From the NCBI GenBank assembly GCA_010405405.1, contig MU004230.1:3196627-3260626 (forward strand): a stretch of 64,000 nucleotides of DNA, written 5' to 3'. Below are positions 48,887-61,626 of this stretch, one piece after another (within the stretch, counting starts at the first letter, position 1; each line of letters opens with the position of its first letter). A model generated the notes under the pieces. The model was not told the origin of the DNA. It searched no databases and worked only from the letters and a program-made list of their open reading frames with translations. Origin of the DNA: Microthyrium microscopicum. Its lineage: Eukaryota. The position numbers and the translations under genes are program-made.

Positions 48887-50788
48887 ATGGTCGCTCAATC
48901 AGCCTCTACATCCTCTGAGCAATATATTCACAACCACCTGAAGCTTGAACATTCAATCAGAGTGCTCAAGCTGCTGCCGTCCAAGTTTAGAGGAGCTACT
49001 CTACATGTCGAACTCTCGGAAATTCCACTTCCCGACAGTAATATCACATCAACATATGAAGCATTGTCCTACACATGGGGACAGAAAGACCCAAACTCGT
49101 ATGTGCTATGCCATGGAAAACGCCTCTCTTTAACCCCCAATGGAGTTGCCGCACTACAGCAAATCCGAAACAAACGCAAGTCCCGCATCCTCTGGATGGA
49201 CGCGATCTGCATCGATCAATCGTCAAACAACAATGTGGAGAAAAGCTCACAAGTTGGTCAAATGGGCAAAGTGTACCACAAGGCGAAGAAAGTCATTGTC
49301 TGGCTGGGTCCTGGGACACTGGAATCAGATGCTGCGATGAGAGTGCTTAAGCTAATGAGCTATCCCTTTGGAACGCAAATCATGGGTAACAGCATGATTG
49401 CCAGATTATATCGTAAGCATCCTGCATCTCGTTATTCAGAGTCCCTAGCTGATGATGATATCTAAGTCAAAAATCCGGACTACTTTAAAGATCTCTTTGC
49501 TCGAGCTTACTTTCAACGCGCCTGGACTCTGCAAGAATGGGCCGCGGCATCACGGATAGAGATGCTGTGTGGTACCAAATCTCTAAAGGCCAAAAGTCCG
49601 AAGAAACTGAAAGATAGCATACCGGATCATACTGGCCGCGCCTGGTTACCGGATAGTCCAGAGGTGATTCACAAGTATTTCATGCCACTCCCAGATTTTG
49701 AGCCACACGATAAAGACGTCTTCAAGACTGGATCGATACTTGATGCCTCCATAAGCATTCAAAACATGATAAAGAGAATGATAATGATAAGTGCAGGCTT
49801 GGCTCTACAAGCCCAAGATGACCGAGACAAGGTTTTTGCTCTCCAATGGATACTGCAAAGCATCGGCGTGCCTTCCCAAGTGCCTGATTACTCAAAGGGG
49901 TTCGCAACAGTCATGCTGGACTTCAGCAAGCTAGTCATAAACCATTTCACTGTCTTGGATGTTTTGTTGTATTCATACTCCCGCAAAGATCTTGAAGACT
50001 CGAATGCTCTTCCGAGCTGGTGCTTGTCCATGGAACCAATACCACGAGTATACGAAATATTTGCCTCAGACTTGCTCTATTCTACTGGCGGCTTCACGAA
50101 CCTTCCGCGTCACAACTACGCGGATATATTGATAAAAGCCTGCTCGCGTATACCACAGTGGAGATTCGAGGACAACAAGTTACTTCTTCCTGTTCATCAC
50201 ATATCTCGAGTAGTGTATCGTCCATCGCCACTTCAAGTGCAACCCTCGGGTTATTTAGAAGACCTATATGCGAAGAAGGGATTCATCATTACGATGGTAA
50301 GCCATCTTCAAAGCCGCGGAAGTTATAACAATGACGAAGAATTTCTTGGAGCCTTGAAGATTGTGCTCAGCAACACTCCTGCGCGAGACGAGCTCCAGTA
50401 TTTAGGCGAGTGGCACAAGGTAATAAAAAAGCTGTTATCGCTAGAGCATCTACAAGATCTGGAGGCTTTGGGAGAAGCATTTAGTGAGAAGAAAGATCGA
50501 TTGTTCAGTGGGGGCATTGACTGGATTGACTGGATTTTGAAAGATAGCACTTTCAATCGAGGACTAACATTCTTCATTGACAGCAATGGTAGACTTGGTT
50601 TAGCCCCTGATACCATCAAAGAGGGCGACGTAGTGATGGGCCTCTACCACGCGATGAGGCTGTTCATACTTCGTCCTTGCGGGTCTGACTACAAGCTTGT
50701 TGGTCCGACTTTTATGGATGTTGAAGATAGAGCTCAGAGTTGGAGAGAAATGCCTGTAGAATCAATACAAATGATCAGTATTATTTGA
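48887..50788 (+). CDS. HET-domain (heterokaryon incompatibility, Het-6-like) protein, 2 exons
   Basis: Motifs IRVLKLLP, YEALSYTWG, LWMDAICIDQ, EKSSQVGQMGKVYHKAKKVIVWLG. After intron 49413-49466 come YFQRAWTLQE, DDRDKVFAL, LPSW and GRLGLAP..GDVV..FILRP..YKLVG. Confidence 0.92.
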
Positions 50789-51083
50789 TTGAGATCATAT
50801 TCATAATCACCTGTGAATATGCCTGTGCATCCAAAGCAGCAGTGTGTCTCCACCGAAAGACACTAGTTCATCTCGGTCAATTGAAGAATATCAGAATCGT
50901 CATGAGACGCTAGCATAATAACGAAACGGGTTTAGAACCGAGGAACGGCGGGTGTGGTACCAGGCAAGCGGACAGCTCGCTTCTATCATTCAATGCTCTG
51001 TAAACTGGCTCCCTATTTGTACATATGGCTGCCACTGCTTTTATGCCAATCCTTCTTATCCCCGATTCGTCCAGAGTAAGTTT

Positions 51084-51492
51084 TTAATGCTCGGCTTTAG
51101 GCTTGACCAAGTGATTGCGAGGATCGTTCTTAAATTCGTCGGCTAAAAACATATTAGCAATGAACCCATAACGCCTTGATGAAGCCGCTCCGCTCGGTCA
51201 TAACGTACTTTGTGCCATTGCTTTTGCGCCTTGACTGATTCCATATAGCACAATGAGGCCTGTAACGATTGTATTAGAGCTCTATTCGTATGATATTGGG
51301 CGTTTTCGGTAATCGTAAGGTAGAGTATCGCGCTGGTCGAGGTAATTGAAGTGCTAGACTACTTACCAGCAGTGTAGAATGGCCACATTGGCTTCACTAT
51401 AAATCGTTAGTATAAATCGGACGCAATTACTCATAGCAACACTCACAAACTGGCGTGGGCCACTTTCGTCCTAACCAGCCAGTAGCAGCCAT
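51084..51492 (-). CDS. ATP18: Mitochondrial ATP synthase subunit j (i/j), 4 small exons
   Basis: Hand-spliced product MAATGWLGRKWPTPV|LKPMWPFYTA|GLIVLYGISQGAKAMAQ|TDEFKNDPRNHLVKPKAEH, with three introns carrying canonical donor, branch and acceptor sites. Confidence 0.92.
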
Positions 51493-51877
51493 TGTGTGTG
51501 ATTGAGTCGGTGAGAGGGATTTCGGGATTTTAGTGGTCGTTGGCGAGGCTACTGAGTTGAATTGAGATTGGTAGCTTGAAGAATCTCTAGACAAGTCGGG
51601 ATTTGATGGAAGGTTGTCGGCGAAAAATCGGCTGTCAAGCTCCAGAGCCGCTAAGGCGCTAGGCTTGATTGGGGAGTCGCGCGCTGTTTTGAACCACCAA
51701 CAAGCACGCTGCAGATCAGAGCGGCCGTTTATTTTAAGGAAGAGACGAAAATTATCGCGAAACACAGAAGGATAGTTTTCTCACGAGGGCGGAATGCCTA
51801 CAGCGTACAAACACCCGGAAAGCTAGCTTGCATTCTCAATTCGAACGTCCAAAGACACGATCTCAAACCGCAACATC

Positions 51878-52434
51878 ATGAACAACTCACTGGAAGGCTG
51901 CGTGTCATCGCTACGTGAGTCACTCTCACTGTTGGATTCATCAATCAAGACACTTGATGCTGGAGTGAATGATTTTCCGCGTCTCAGCAAAGTGCTGCAA
52001 TCCACAAGAGTATGTACATCACAAAGATACCAAAACATGGCTAATCTTCCAAGCACTTTGAACTTGTCTCCGAACCAGACCTACACAGCGCTCAATCCGC
52101 ACTACGATCCGAAATACAACCTGAAGTCAACGCCCTACTAAACCGGGTGGAGGCGCATCTAGACAAACTGGAGCGACGAGAACAGGCTCTTATGGCGAAG
52201 TGCGAATTACAGGAAGGCCGATTGGGAGATGCTCCAAGTGCTGCGACTCCAAGAACGGGTCTCTCAGGATCTACGATGTTCGGCAGTGGAGGAGCAGTAC
52301 CGGTGGCTAAGATGAACCAAGTACGGCAGAAGAAGGAACGGCTCAGCTATGCGATCGATCGGCTACAGTTGGAGGCTCAGCAGAAGGAGCGGCAATTGAG
52401 GAAGAGTTTGGCCGCACCAGCTGTTCTCGATTGA
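51878..52434 (+). CDS. SPC19: DASH/Dam1 complex subunit Spc19, 2 exons
   Basis: SLEGCVSSLRESLSLLDSSIKTLDAGVNDFPRLSKVLQSTR|HFELVSEPDL, then KLERREQALMAKCELQEGRL and KKERLSYAIDRLQLE. Intron 52010-52053. Confidence 0.92.
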
Positions 52435-52746
52435 ATGTGAGATATGGGAGCTACGAGATGATGAAGATACGATACATTGCATTGATACCCGGCTTGCTTA
52501 TGTTGGCGCTTCAAGGCCCTGAACTATTGTTACGATATTTGTGAACACTACTAGTGGTATAGCATTTTCCAGCCACCCAAGTATTGACATGATTTCAAGT
52601 CTTATATGTTTATACTATGAGAGAAGAAGATTACATATTATCCGAAAATAACCTTCCTAACATCTGTACGTCTGGCAAGAATTGTGGCAAGCTTCCAAGT
52701 CGAATAGTGGGAAGATATGTCCCTTTTGCGCCCTAGCCCTTCAACA

Positions 52747-52899
52747 TGTTTGAAGATGTTGTTCAACATCAAGGGAATGCTGACTTAGCACAAATTATAT
52801 AAGTAGTAGATACTTCGTACACCTTAGATTAAGGACTAGTCCGTTTTAATATTATCTTCTACTACCTAAAAGCTTGTCCCTTTTAATTACTTTCTAATA
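52747..52899 (+). repeat. 5' LTR (153 bp)
   Basis: TGTTTGAAG...CTAATA. It aligns without gaps to 59498-59650, with 16 differences by manual count, all transitions. Confidence 0.95.
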
Positions 52900-52910
52900 G
52901 GTTATGAGCC
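52900..52910 (+). other. Primer binding site GGTTATGAGCC
   Basis: Immediately follows the 5' LTR. Matches the Ty5/copia-type PBS complementary to the anticodon arm of initiator tRNA-Met. Confidence 0.85.
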
Positions 52911-55900
52911 TAAAGTACGCTTACTACTACTCTCTTTATAGCTTTATTCTCTTTCTACTAAATAAACCTCTATAATAATACTATTAATAAGTAGTAGTAT
53001 TATTACTATTTATTTACCTTATAATAGTAAGTATTAATTTACCTTAGTGGGCTATAATGCTCTACTATTTCCTAAAAGTAGTTTAACTACTTATTAAGGT
53101 AGTTATAACTAAAGATTAGTTACTAAGAGTAGCTAAAGCTATAGTAAGATTGCTAAGTTCTAGGTCCTATTATAGGATAGTACTAACTAATTACTTTATA
53201 AGAAAGTTATATTACTACTATCTAACTAGTATTACTTTTTAAATAAAGCAAAAAGATAAGTAAAGATTCTAAATTATTAAGAACTTACTATAAATTATAA
53301 AATTATTACTATATTATACTACTATATAGTAATAATAAAGGATAAATTTCTTTAAATTTTATTAGTTTATAGAGACCTAAACTTAGTAAAGCTTTAGGTA
53401 TAAAAGTCTTACTAGAAGTAAATAGAGATTATATTAGAAAGTATAAATTCTATCTTTATTATCTTTATATATAGATATATAATTCCTTTTAATAGAAATT
53501 AAGTCTTAGTAAGAATATTGTCTAAACGTAGCTATTAAAATAACTTAATACTATAATAAGAAACTAGCTAATACCTAGTTAGGTAAAGCTATAACTAATA
53601 AGACTAAAATAAAGATTAAAACTAAGGCTAAATAAAACGCTAGAGTCTAAAAGAATATTAATAAAACCTATACTTATAATATTACTAAACTCTACTATTA
53701 GTCTAAGCTTTATAAAAAGTAAGAGTATTATAAATTAGATAAAGGTAAGAAAGCTCTAGCTAATAAAGCTATTATTAATACTAAGACTATTAAAGACGCT
53801 ACTAAGTATTACTATTAGGCTAAACTTAAAGCCTTACTAAACTAAACTTTAACTAATAGTTATATTATTAAGATATAACTACTAGATAAATACTTTAATA
53901 TAGATAGCTCTATTAATAGCTTAGATTCTAATAGCAAAGTAAATTATAATACTTTTACTTAATTTCTATAATAATAAGGCAGTATTAATATTAAGATATT
54001 TAGAGCTCTTCTAGTAGCTATAAAGACTACTACTCTAGATAGAAATTTAAGAGATTTATTAGACTCTAACTTAATCCTATCCTTCTTATTATTATCCTTA
54101 GTATAATCTTCTTTATCCTTAGACTTATCTTTAGACTCTAGAATTTAGGAAATTACTTCTTTAGAAAATCTTCTATTTCTTACTATGCCTCTAAAAGCTA
54201 CTTATAAGCATAAGGCTACTACTATCCTTATAGCAACTTAACTAAAACGTACTACTATTATCTTTACTAGAAGGGCTACTATTAAAGTTACTATATAAGA
54301 GGCTATAGCTAATACTATAAGAGTAGAGCTAATAACTACTAGGGCTTAAAAAACTACTAGAGTTAACTAACTAGTAGACTTTAACTCCTTAATACTAGAC
54401 GCTACTACTTAGTAAATTATTTAGTAAGCTATTACCTTATAAATAGAAATATTTTATAAATTTCTTACTAAAACGTATAGCCTACTAATAAATAGGATTA
54501 TAAAGAAGTCTTCTATAAAGAAAGTAGCTCTTGCTACTACTACTATCTCTCTATCTAGATTATTATTAAACTTTATTATTCTCTCTAATTCCTTAAAAGA
54601 ACTTTCTACTAATAAGCTAAAGCCTAAGCTAGATAATATTCTTAAGGCTATTTACTCTATTAACTATAAGCGCCTTTAAGGCTTAGCTAACTAGAGACTC
54701 TAGAGACTACGTTTTAAACACTTAATAAAATCTAATAAGCTATAGAGCTTCTTCTCTAGTAATAAAGCATATCTTCTTACTAAGATTCTTAGTAATTAGG
54801 CCTACTAGTACTATTATAATACTAAAGCCTATAAAATTCTTTATGCTACTATAGAACTAGATATAAAAGTAATAATTATTAATAAGTTTAACGTATCTAA
54901 GGCTTTATTTATTCTCTTAATTTAATATAAGTTAGCTAGTTTCTCTTATATTAAGAGGGTCTTTAATAAACTTTAAGACTATATATAGTAACTAAATAGA
55001 TCTATTGCTACCTTTTAAGACTTTATTCTTAAAATTAAGACTAAGTTCTATAAACTTAAGAAAGGCTAAGAAATTCCTAAATACTTCTAGAATATCTAGT
55101 TCCTAAAGAACGTTTTAGCTATTATAAATAATATTATTATTTCTCTATACTAGAATGCTAAATACTAAGATTTAGCTACTAATAAACTCTTTATAGAATT
55201 TAATAAGCTAGTAGCTATTATTTATACTAAAGAGGAGTTAAAAAAGGATAATAATATAGCTTTTACTATAATTAACTTTAGTACTAAAAGCTAATCTTAT
55301 CTAAATTATCTTTATTTATAATATAGTAACTTTAATAAACCTAGTAGCTACTTTAATTAATTAGCTAATACTAAACTTAAGAAAGCCTTTTTTAAGTCTT
55401 AAGAGAAGCTTAATAAATACGTTAAGGAAGCTACTAAATATTTAGTTAGCTAGTAGGCTAAAAAGGACTAAGGTATTTAGATTAAGGGTAGAGCTTAAGA
55501 ATGCCCTTAATAATACTATTCTTAATAATAATAAGGTTAGTTTTACTAAGGCTATTCCTCTTAATTATAAGGCCGCCCCTATTAACTCTTATAAGGTTAA
55601 CTTAATATTAATAAGCGTAATTTCTATAACTAAAGTTAGATTAACTATATTAAAGATAACTTTAGTAAGAATAACTACGAATATAACTAAGTTTAAATTA
55701 TAGTTAATATTATTAACCTAATTACTCTCTTTATAATTAATATAGATAAGAAGTTTTAGAGTAACTTAGTCTTTGCTATAAAAGCTTAGGAAGGTTAAGT
55801 TTTAGACTTAAGTACTTTCTACTATATTATTAGTAACTCAAGTTATTTTACTAAAAAATTTATTAATAATAGTAATAATTAATAACTATTAGGACTTAGT

Positions 55901-58900
55901 AAAAATATTAATATTAAAGGAATAGGAACTACTTATATTCCTACCTATATTACTAACTTAAATAGTAATAAAGTCTATAAAACGTTTATCCTTAGTAATA
56001 TAGTCTATATCCCTAGCTTATCTTTTAATATTATCTTACTAAAGAAGCTTTTCCTAACCCCTAATAGTCTTAAGACTAACGTTAGAGTTTAGTTTAAAGG
56101 CTCTAAAGCTTAAATTCTTCGTAATAATAGTTCCCTTATTAGTATAGTAAGCTATCTTACCTAGTAGCTCTATACTCTTTAATAACCTCCTTTAGACACT
56201 ATCCTTATATCTAAATAGTAAGTATAGCTCTACACTCGCTAACTACTAATAGATACTATCCTTACGTCTAGAGAACGTATAGTATCTACTAAACTCTAGC
56301 ATTAACGCCTTAGGTATATAAGCAAGATATATTTATAACGTACCTTAAAGAGCTAAATTAAGCTTACTTACTCCTATATTACTAACTATGCTACTTATAA
56401 TAAAGCAATAGGAGTTTAGTTTAATTACTTAAAAGCTATATAGAATTAAGTAACTTAAAGGCTTAAGAGAGTATATATAAATCTTAGTAGTCTCTTTACT
56501 AACCTTACTACTATAAGTAGTAAAAAGGAGTAAAAGCTATACTAGCTTATTATTATAAATAACTATTCTTAATTTTATTAAGTCTACTTTATATTATTAA
56601 AGGCTAACGTACTATTCCTTATTAAAGAATAGTAACTCTAAGTTAAGAATAAATATAGTAATAAAGTTAAAGTTATAAAATATAATAATAGTTTAGAATT
56701 CTAAAATATTAATATAGATACTATATAGTAAAAGAATAAAATCTACTCTAAACTAATAGCTCTATATAATCCTAAATAAAATAGAGTTTCTAAAAGAAGT
56801 ATATAATTCCTAGGTAATATAGTCTATTTACTACTATACTACGTATACCTCTTACTAATACTATATACTAAAATAATTAGTACTATAGCTATTCTTATTA
56901 ATGTTATAGCTACTTTAGTTAATTACTAAGATAAATCTCTATATAAGATATTCTACGATAAGGAACCTAATCTCTTAAATCTCTACGTTATTAGCTCCCT
57001 TTACTAAAAACCTATCCTATAAGATAGCCTAAAGAAAACTAATACTAGAATAGAATAATATTTTCTTCTTAACTATAGTAGATCTAGCTATAGTATTTAA
57101 ATTAAAACTAACTAGTATTATGTCTAGAATACTAGTAAAGGTCTTATTAAGATTATTAGAGATCTTTAATTTAAAGAAGGTATATTTTCTAAGCAATTAG
57201 AATTTCTACTATATATATTTAACATTCTTTAAATAGACTATCTTATACTCTTTACAAGTCTTTATTTATATATTATCTTTACTTCTATTAAAAGGAAGCA
57301 CTTTTATAAATATAAAGCTACTAACTACTTTAAGGAGGAGTATAATAAACTAAATTAGTCTTTAACTTTGCTTTATAATAATATAGTTATATCTAATAGA
57401 GAACTTATTTATTACGTTCTAAATAATAATAAAGATACTTACCTTACTATATTTACTAATAAGGAGAAATTTAATCCCTTATTACTACTTACTAAGGAAT
57501 AAATTACTAAGAGGAATAATATTAATAAAATCTTAATAGTTTATAAAGAATAGAGAAGAGAGGTATAGGCTATTATTAAGTCTAAGCCTAAAGAAGATAT
57601 CCTTAAAGAAATTACTAAGCGTATTAAGATTTTCTTAATTACTAAAAAGTATTAAACTATTAGACTCTCCCTTATAGCAATACTACTTAACTTCTACTTC
57701 CTTAAAAAAGATAGAAATAACCTTAAACTAAAGAACTATGCCTAAATACTTAAATCTCTTTTTATTCATAACTAAATAAATGCTATTAAAGATAAGTATT
57801 TATTCTTATTAGATAATAGTATATAGGACGTAGTTCTTTACCCTCTAGAAGGCACTTATATTATATCTAATAGATATATCCTTAAGATTAAATAGAACTT
57901 AGAAAGTAATATTACTTACTATAAGGTATACTAAGTTACTTATAGCTTTAAGTAAGTATATAAAATTAATTACTTTAAAATTTTTACCTTTATAGTTAAA
58001 TTAATAAGTTAGAGACTACTCTTTATACTAGCTATCTTTTATAATTAATACATCTATTAAATAAATATAAAGACTACGTTCCTCTATAGTAATATAAACT
58101 TAAAAAGAGATATTCTAATAATCTATATAGAACTACTACTAAACTATACTTATAAAGGTATAGTTACTAAACTTAATAAAGCTATTTATAAACTTAAGTA
58201 AGCTTTCTAGATTTAGTTCCTTACTCTTTAAAAGGTACTTATAGATTTTAGCTTTAAACTCTATTCTTATAATAAGAATATCTTTATTAACTATAAGATA
58301 AAAGTTATTATTACTATCTACGTTAATAACTTCTTAATATTTAATAAGAACCTTAAGGTAATTAAGTCTCTTAAAAAGAGACTTACTAGACGTTTTAAGA
58401 TAATAAATCTTAGTAAAGTATCCTATTACCTAAGAATTAAGATTACTTATAAAAAGCTTAGTAGAGGGTTAAAACTTATAATATCATAAGGCACTTACTA
58501 CTAAAAAATTCTTAATAACTTTAAGTTTAATAGTATTAATAAAGAAGTTAAGACTCTAATACTTAATAATCTTAAGCTTATTACTAATACTAATAAAGCT
58601 AAAGAGTAAGATATTAAGTAGTACTAATCTCTTATTAGCTTAGTAATATATCTTATACTAGGTATAAGACCTAACCTTTATTACTTAATATTAGTCCTTA
58701 GTTATTTCTCCTTAAATCTATTAAAAGAGTATATAATAGCTACTTAATATCTTCTTAAATATCTCTATAGGACTAAGAACCTTAGACTAATTATTAAAAG
58801 TAGTAATATAGAAATAAATCTAGTAGGCTAAACTAACTCTAATTAGGGAAGAGATAAAGAAAAGAGAAGATTAATAGAAAGCTACGTCTTTAAGATTAAT

Positions 58901-59488
58901 AGTATAGTAATTAGCTAGAGCTCTAAATAATAAGCTATAGTAGCTTTGTCTAGCTATAAAGCTAAATATATTACTAAATCTAAAGCTACTAAAAAAGTAA
59001 TCTAGCTTAAAGGACTAATATTTAACTTTTAGTATAAAGGCCCTTTAGCTATTACTATCTATAGTAATAACCTTAGAGCGCTAGTACTAGCTAAGAATCT
59101 AATATTTTATAAAAGGTTAAAGTATATTAATATCTACTATTACTTTATTTATAATTAAGTTACTAAGGGCAAGATTAATATAGATTAAGTCCTAATAGTA
59201 AAGAATATTATAGATAGCCTTATAAAGCCTCTAATCTCTATAAAGTTTAAAATATATATTAAAGAGCTTAGTCTAGTAAATTTAGGAAATTACGCCTAAA
59301 TAATATATAATTCCTTAGTTTATATAAAAGCTATATCTATATTAACTTACCTTAATATAGTAGCGTATAGCTTTATAGCCTCTAGCTAAGTACTAACTTA
59401 TACTATATACTAGTATTATATAATTTAAAAGAGATAAGTATTTTAGGTAATATAAATAGGATTTATAATTTTAATTTATACTACTATT

Positions 59489-59497
59489 AAGGGGAAG
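59489..59497 (+). other. Polypurine tract AAGGGGAAG
   Basis: Purine run directly abutting the TG start of the 3' LTR. Confidence 0.85.
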
Positions 59498-59650
59498 TGT
59501 TTAAAGATATTATTTAATATTAAGGAAATGCTGACTTAGCATAAATTATATAAGTAGTAGATACTTTGCATACCTTAGATTGAGGACTAGTCCGTTTCAA
59601 TATTATCTTCTACTACCCAAAAGCTTGTCCCTTTTGATTACCTTCTAATA
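59498..59650 (+). repeat. 3' LTR (153 bp)
   Basis: TGTTTAAAG...CTAATA followed by the CAACA duplication. The terminal CA reads TA in both LTRs, consistent with RIP. Confidence 0.95.
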
Positions 59651-59811
59651 CAACACATTTGATCTCTTCTTGAGCAAGAACAGGCTTCCATCTTCCCCGT
59701 CTCAACACAACCTGGGCCCATACAAATCAACATATTCAAAAGAGCCAGGGATTTCAAGTACTAATCAACAATTTCGGTTTCATGCAATCATAGTACGTTG
59801 GGCGGAAGCCT

Positions 59812-61144
59812 ATGTCTGCGGACGGCTCTCAAATAGGGGAGTCGTCAACACCCCAAGAAAGACACCATGCAGGTCCAGAAAAGAAGAAGACCCAGAAGAA
59901 CAAAGCCTCTACTGGAGCTTCCGCGGCTGGAGTCCGAGCACTCAGTGCTCAAGTAGTCGGATTTTATTTCAGGGCGCCGATGAAGGCATTTTTCCGATCG
60001 AGAGTTGAGTGAGTATGATGCCCAATAAGATCTAATATTGGCTAACGAAGTTTTCCAGTTATATGGTATTGTAACTTGACCAGTCTAAGCGATGGTAATA
60101 TACTGACTTACTGCAGGCCTATGCTCGGGCCATTCATCCTCACTACAAGTCTGGCCAAAGCTGGTCATGGAGGGTCTCAACGCCGGGGCTTTTGGCAAAT
60201 GCTATCAGAACTGAAGGATGGATGTTTTTGCCAAAGCAATTATTCCCTCCAATGATTGCCAATATCAGGTAGGTCTGAATGACTGAGTTGATCGTTACAT
60301 TGCTAACCTTACGGACAGCATCGGAGCTGTGCTTTATACATCATATTTGCACATGCTAGGGAACTTGCATGAGCCTTCAGCCTATGCTTCAAGGCGAATC
60401 ATGCCGCCGCCTGAACCCAAGCACACCATGTCAGCTGGTTTTATAGCCGGGTCCATTCAGTCGGTGTTTGCAGCTCCGATGGACGCTCTCCAGGTTCGCT
60501 TCAAGATGAGTGAAATGCTCGAGGGGCGCTACAGAAATATGTGGGATTATGCCTTCAGCAAACTTCGCGAGATTGGTGTACGTGGAATCTTCGCTGGATG
60601 GTCTTTGACCTTCGTGAAGGACGCCACCAGCTGCGCTGTGTTTTTTAGTACATTTGAATACGTTAAAGCCCAGGCCTACTACGCTTTCCTACCATTCATA
60701 TACAGCATTGGAAATCGCCAAGATGCTTACGATCCAACTCCAATCACACCCCACTATATGATCGAGCCAGCATTCTTGCTTATGGCTGGAGCAGCGGCGA
60801 CGGTCACACAGCAAAGCATCCAGTTTCCCCTGACTCAAGTTCAAACTGTACATTACAACCGACTGGAATCTCTGGACTATGCAGCTCGTGCTGAAAATAA
60901 CCCACGGAATGTGCTCCGTCTCTATTATAACGCATACATGGAGACCTTCCGGCAGGCAAAACTTGAAGCTCAGAAGGTCGGTGGCATGCGGCGTTGGTTA
61001 TATCAAGATTTTCTGTGGTCAACACTGAGACAAACACCTAGTACCAGTGCCGGTTTGATTGTATTTGAAATTGTGAGAAGGAAGTATGGCATCGACGAAG
61101 GCGGTGGTCTCACAGATCTGGGCGGTAAGCAATTCATATTATAA
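59812..61144 (+). CDS. Mitochondrial carrier family protein (fungal divergent type), 4 exons including a 7-nt micro-exon
   Basis: Introns 60009-60058, 60066-60116 and about 60269-60318. Carrier-like motifs: AGFIAGSIQSVFAAPMDALQVR, GVRGIFAGWSLTFVKD..AVFFSTFEYVK, QFPL. Confidence 0.85.
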
Positions 61145-61626
61145 CGCTTTAACTAGTACTCTAAGAAGGTTGCGGAAACTGTTCGCCTAGCTAGAATGTA
61201 CCATAACTACTGTATAAAACAACCGGCACGGCTATCTTAGATTGATAGAAGCAGGATATCAAATGGCGAACTCGCCTAGAATTGCATAGCAATGAACATT
61301 CATCTCACGAATATAATATTTGAGCAGCTTCATAAACTCCGAACCCAAATTCGTAGATCTCAATGCCAGAGCGGTAAGCAAACGCAGTGAATTCAACTCC
61401 GCTGCATTTGAATCACCAGATGCAAAATAACCAGTCTCTAATTAGTAATCACCCTTTCATATTTGACTTTTACGAACCTAAAAGAGCTGACAATTTGTGT
61501 TTATTCGAACCTTCGTATTTGCAGTTGAGCGGGGTGGTCATACCTTTTCGACCTTCGAATCTAAACACGATCCTTCTCCCTGTCACACTCTTTTATTCAT
61601 TAGGTAACGACTAACAAATTGGCCAA

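Larger units (their letters stand above)
52747..59650 (+). mobile_element. Full-length RIP-inactivated Ty1/copia LTR retrotransposon, 6904 bp
   Basis: 153-bp direct repeats, CAACA target duplication (52742-52746 and 59651-59655), PBS and PPT. De-RIPed motifs occur in copia order: protease LDSGAS.H (about 55800), LWHQRLGH (about 56295), integrase QNGVSER (about 56775), RT MDVKTAFLYG (about 58060) and YVDD (about 58320), RNase H DSDWG (about 58835), KHIDI.YH and ADGLTKP (about 59120-59230). Confidence 0.95.
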
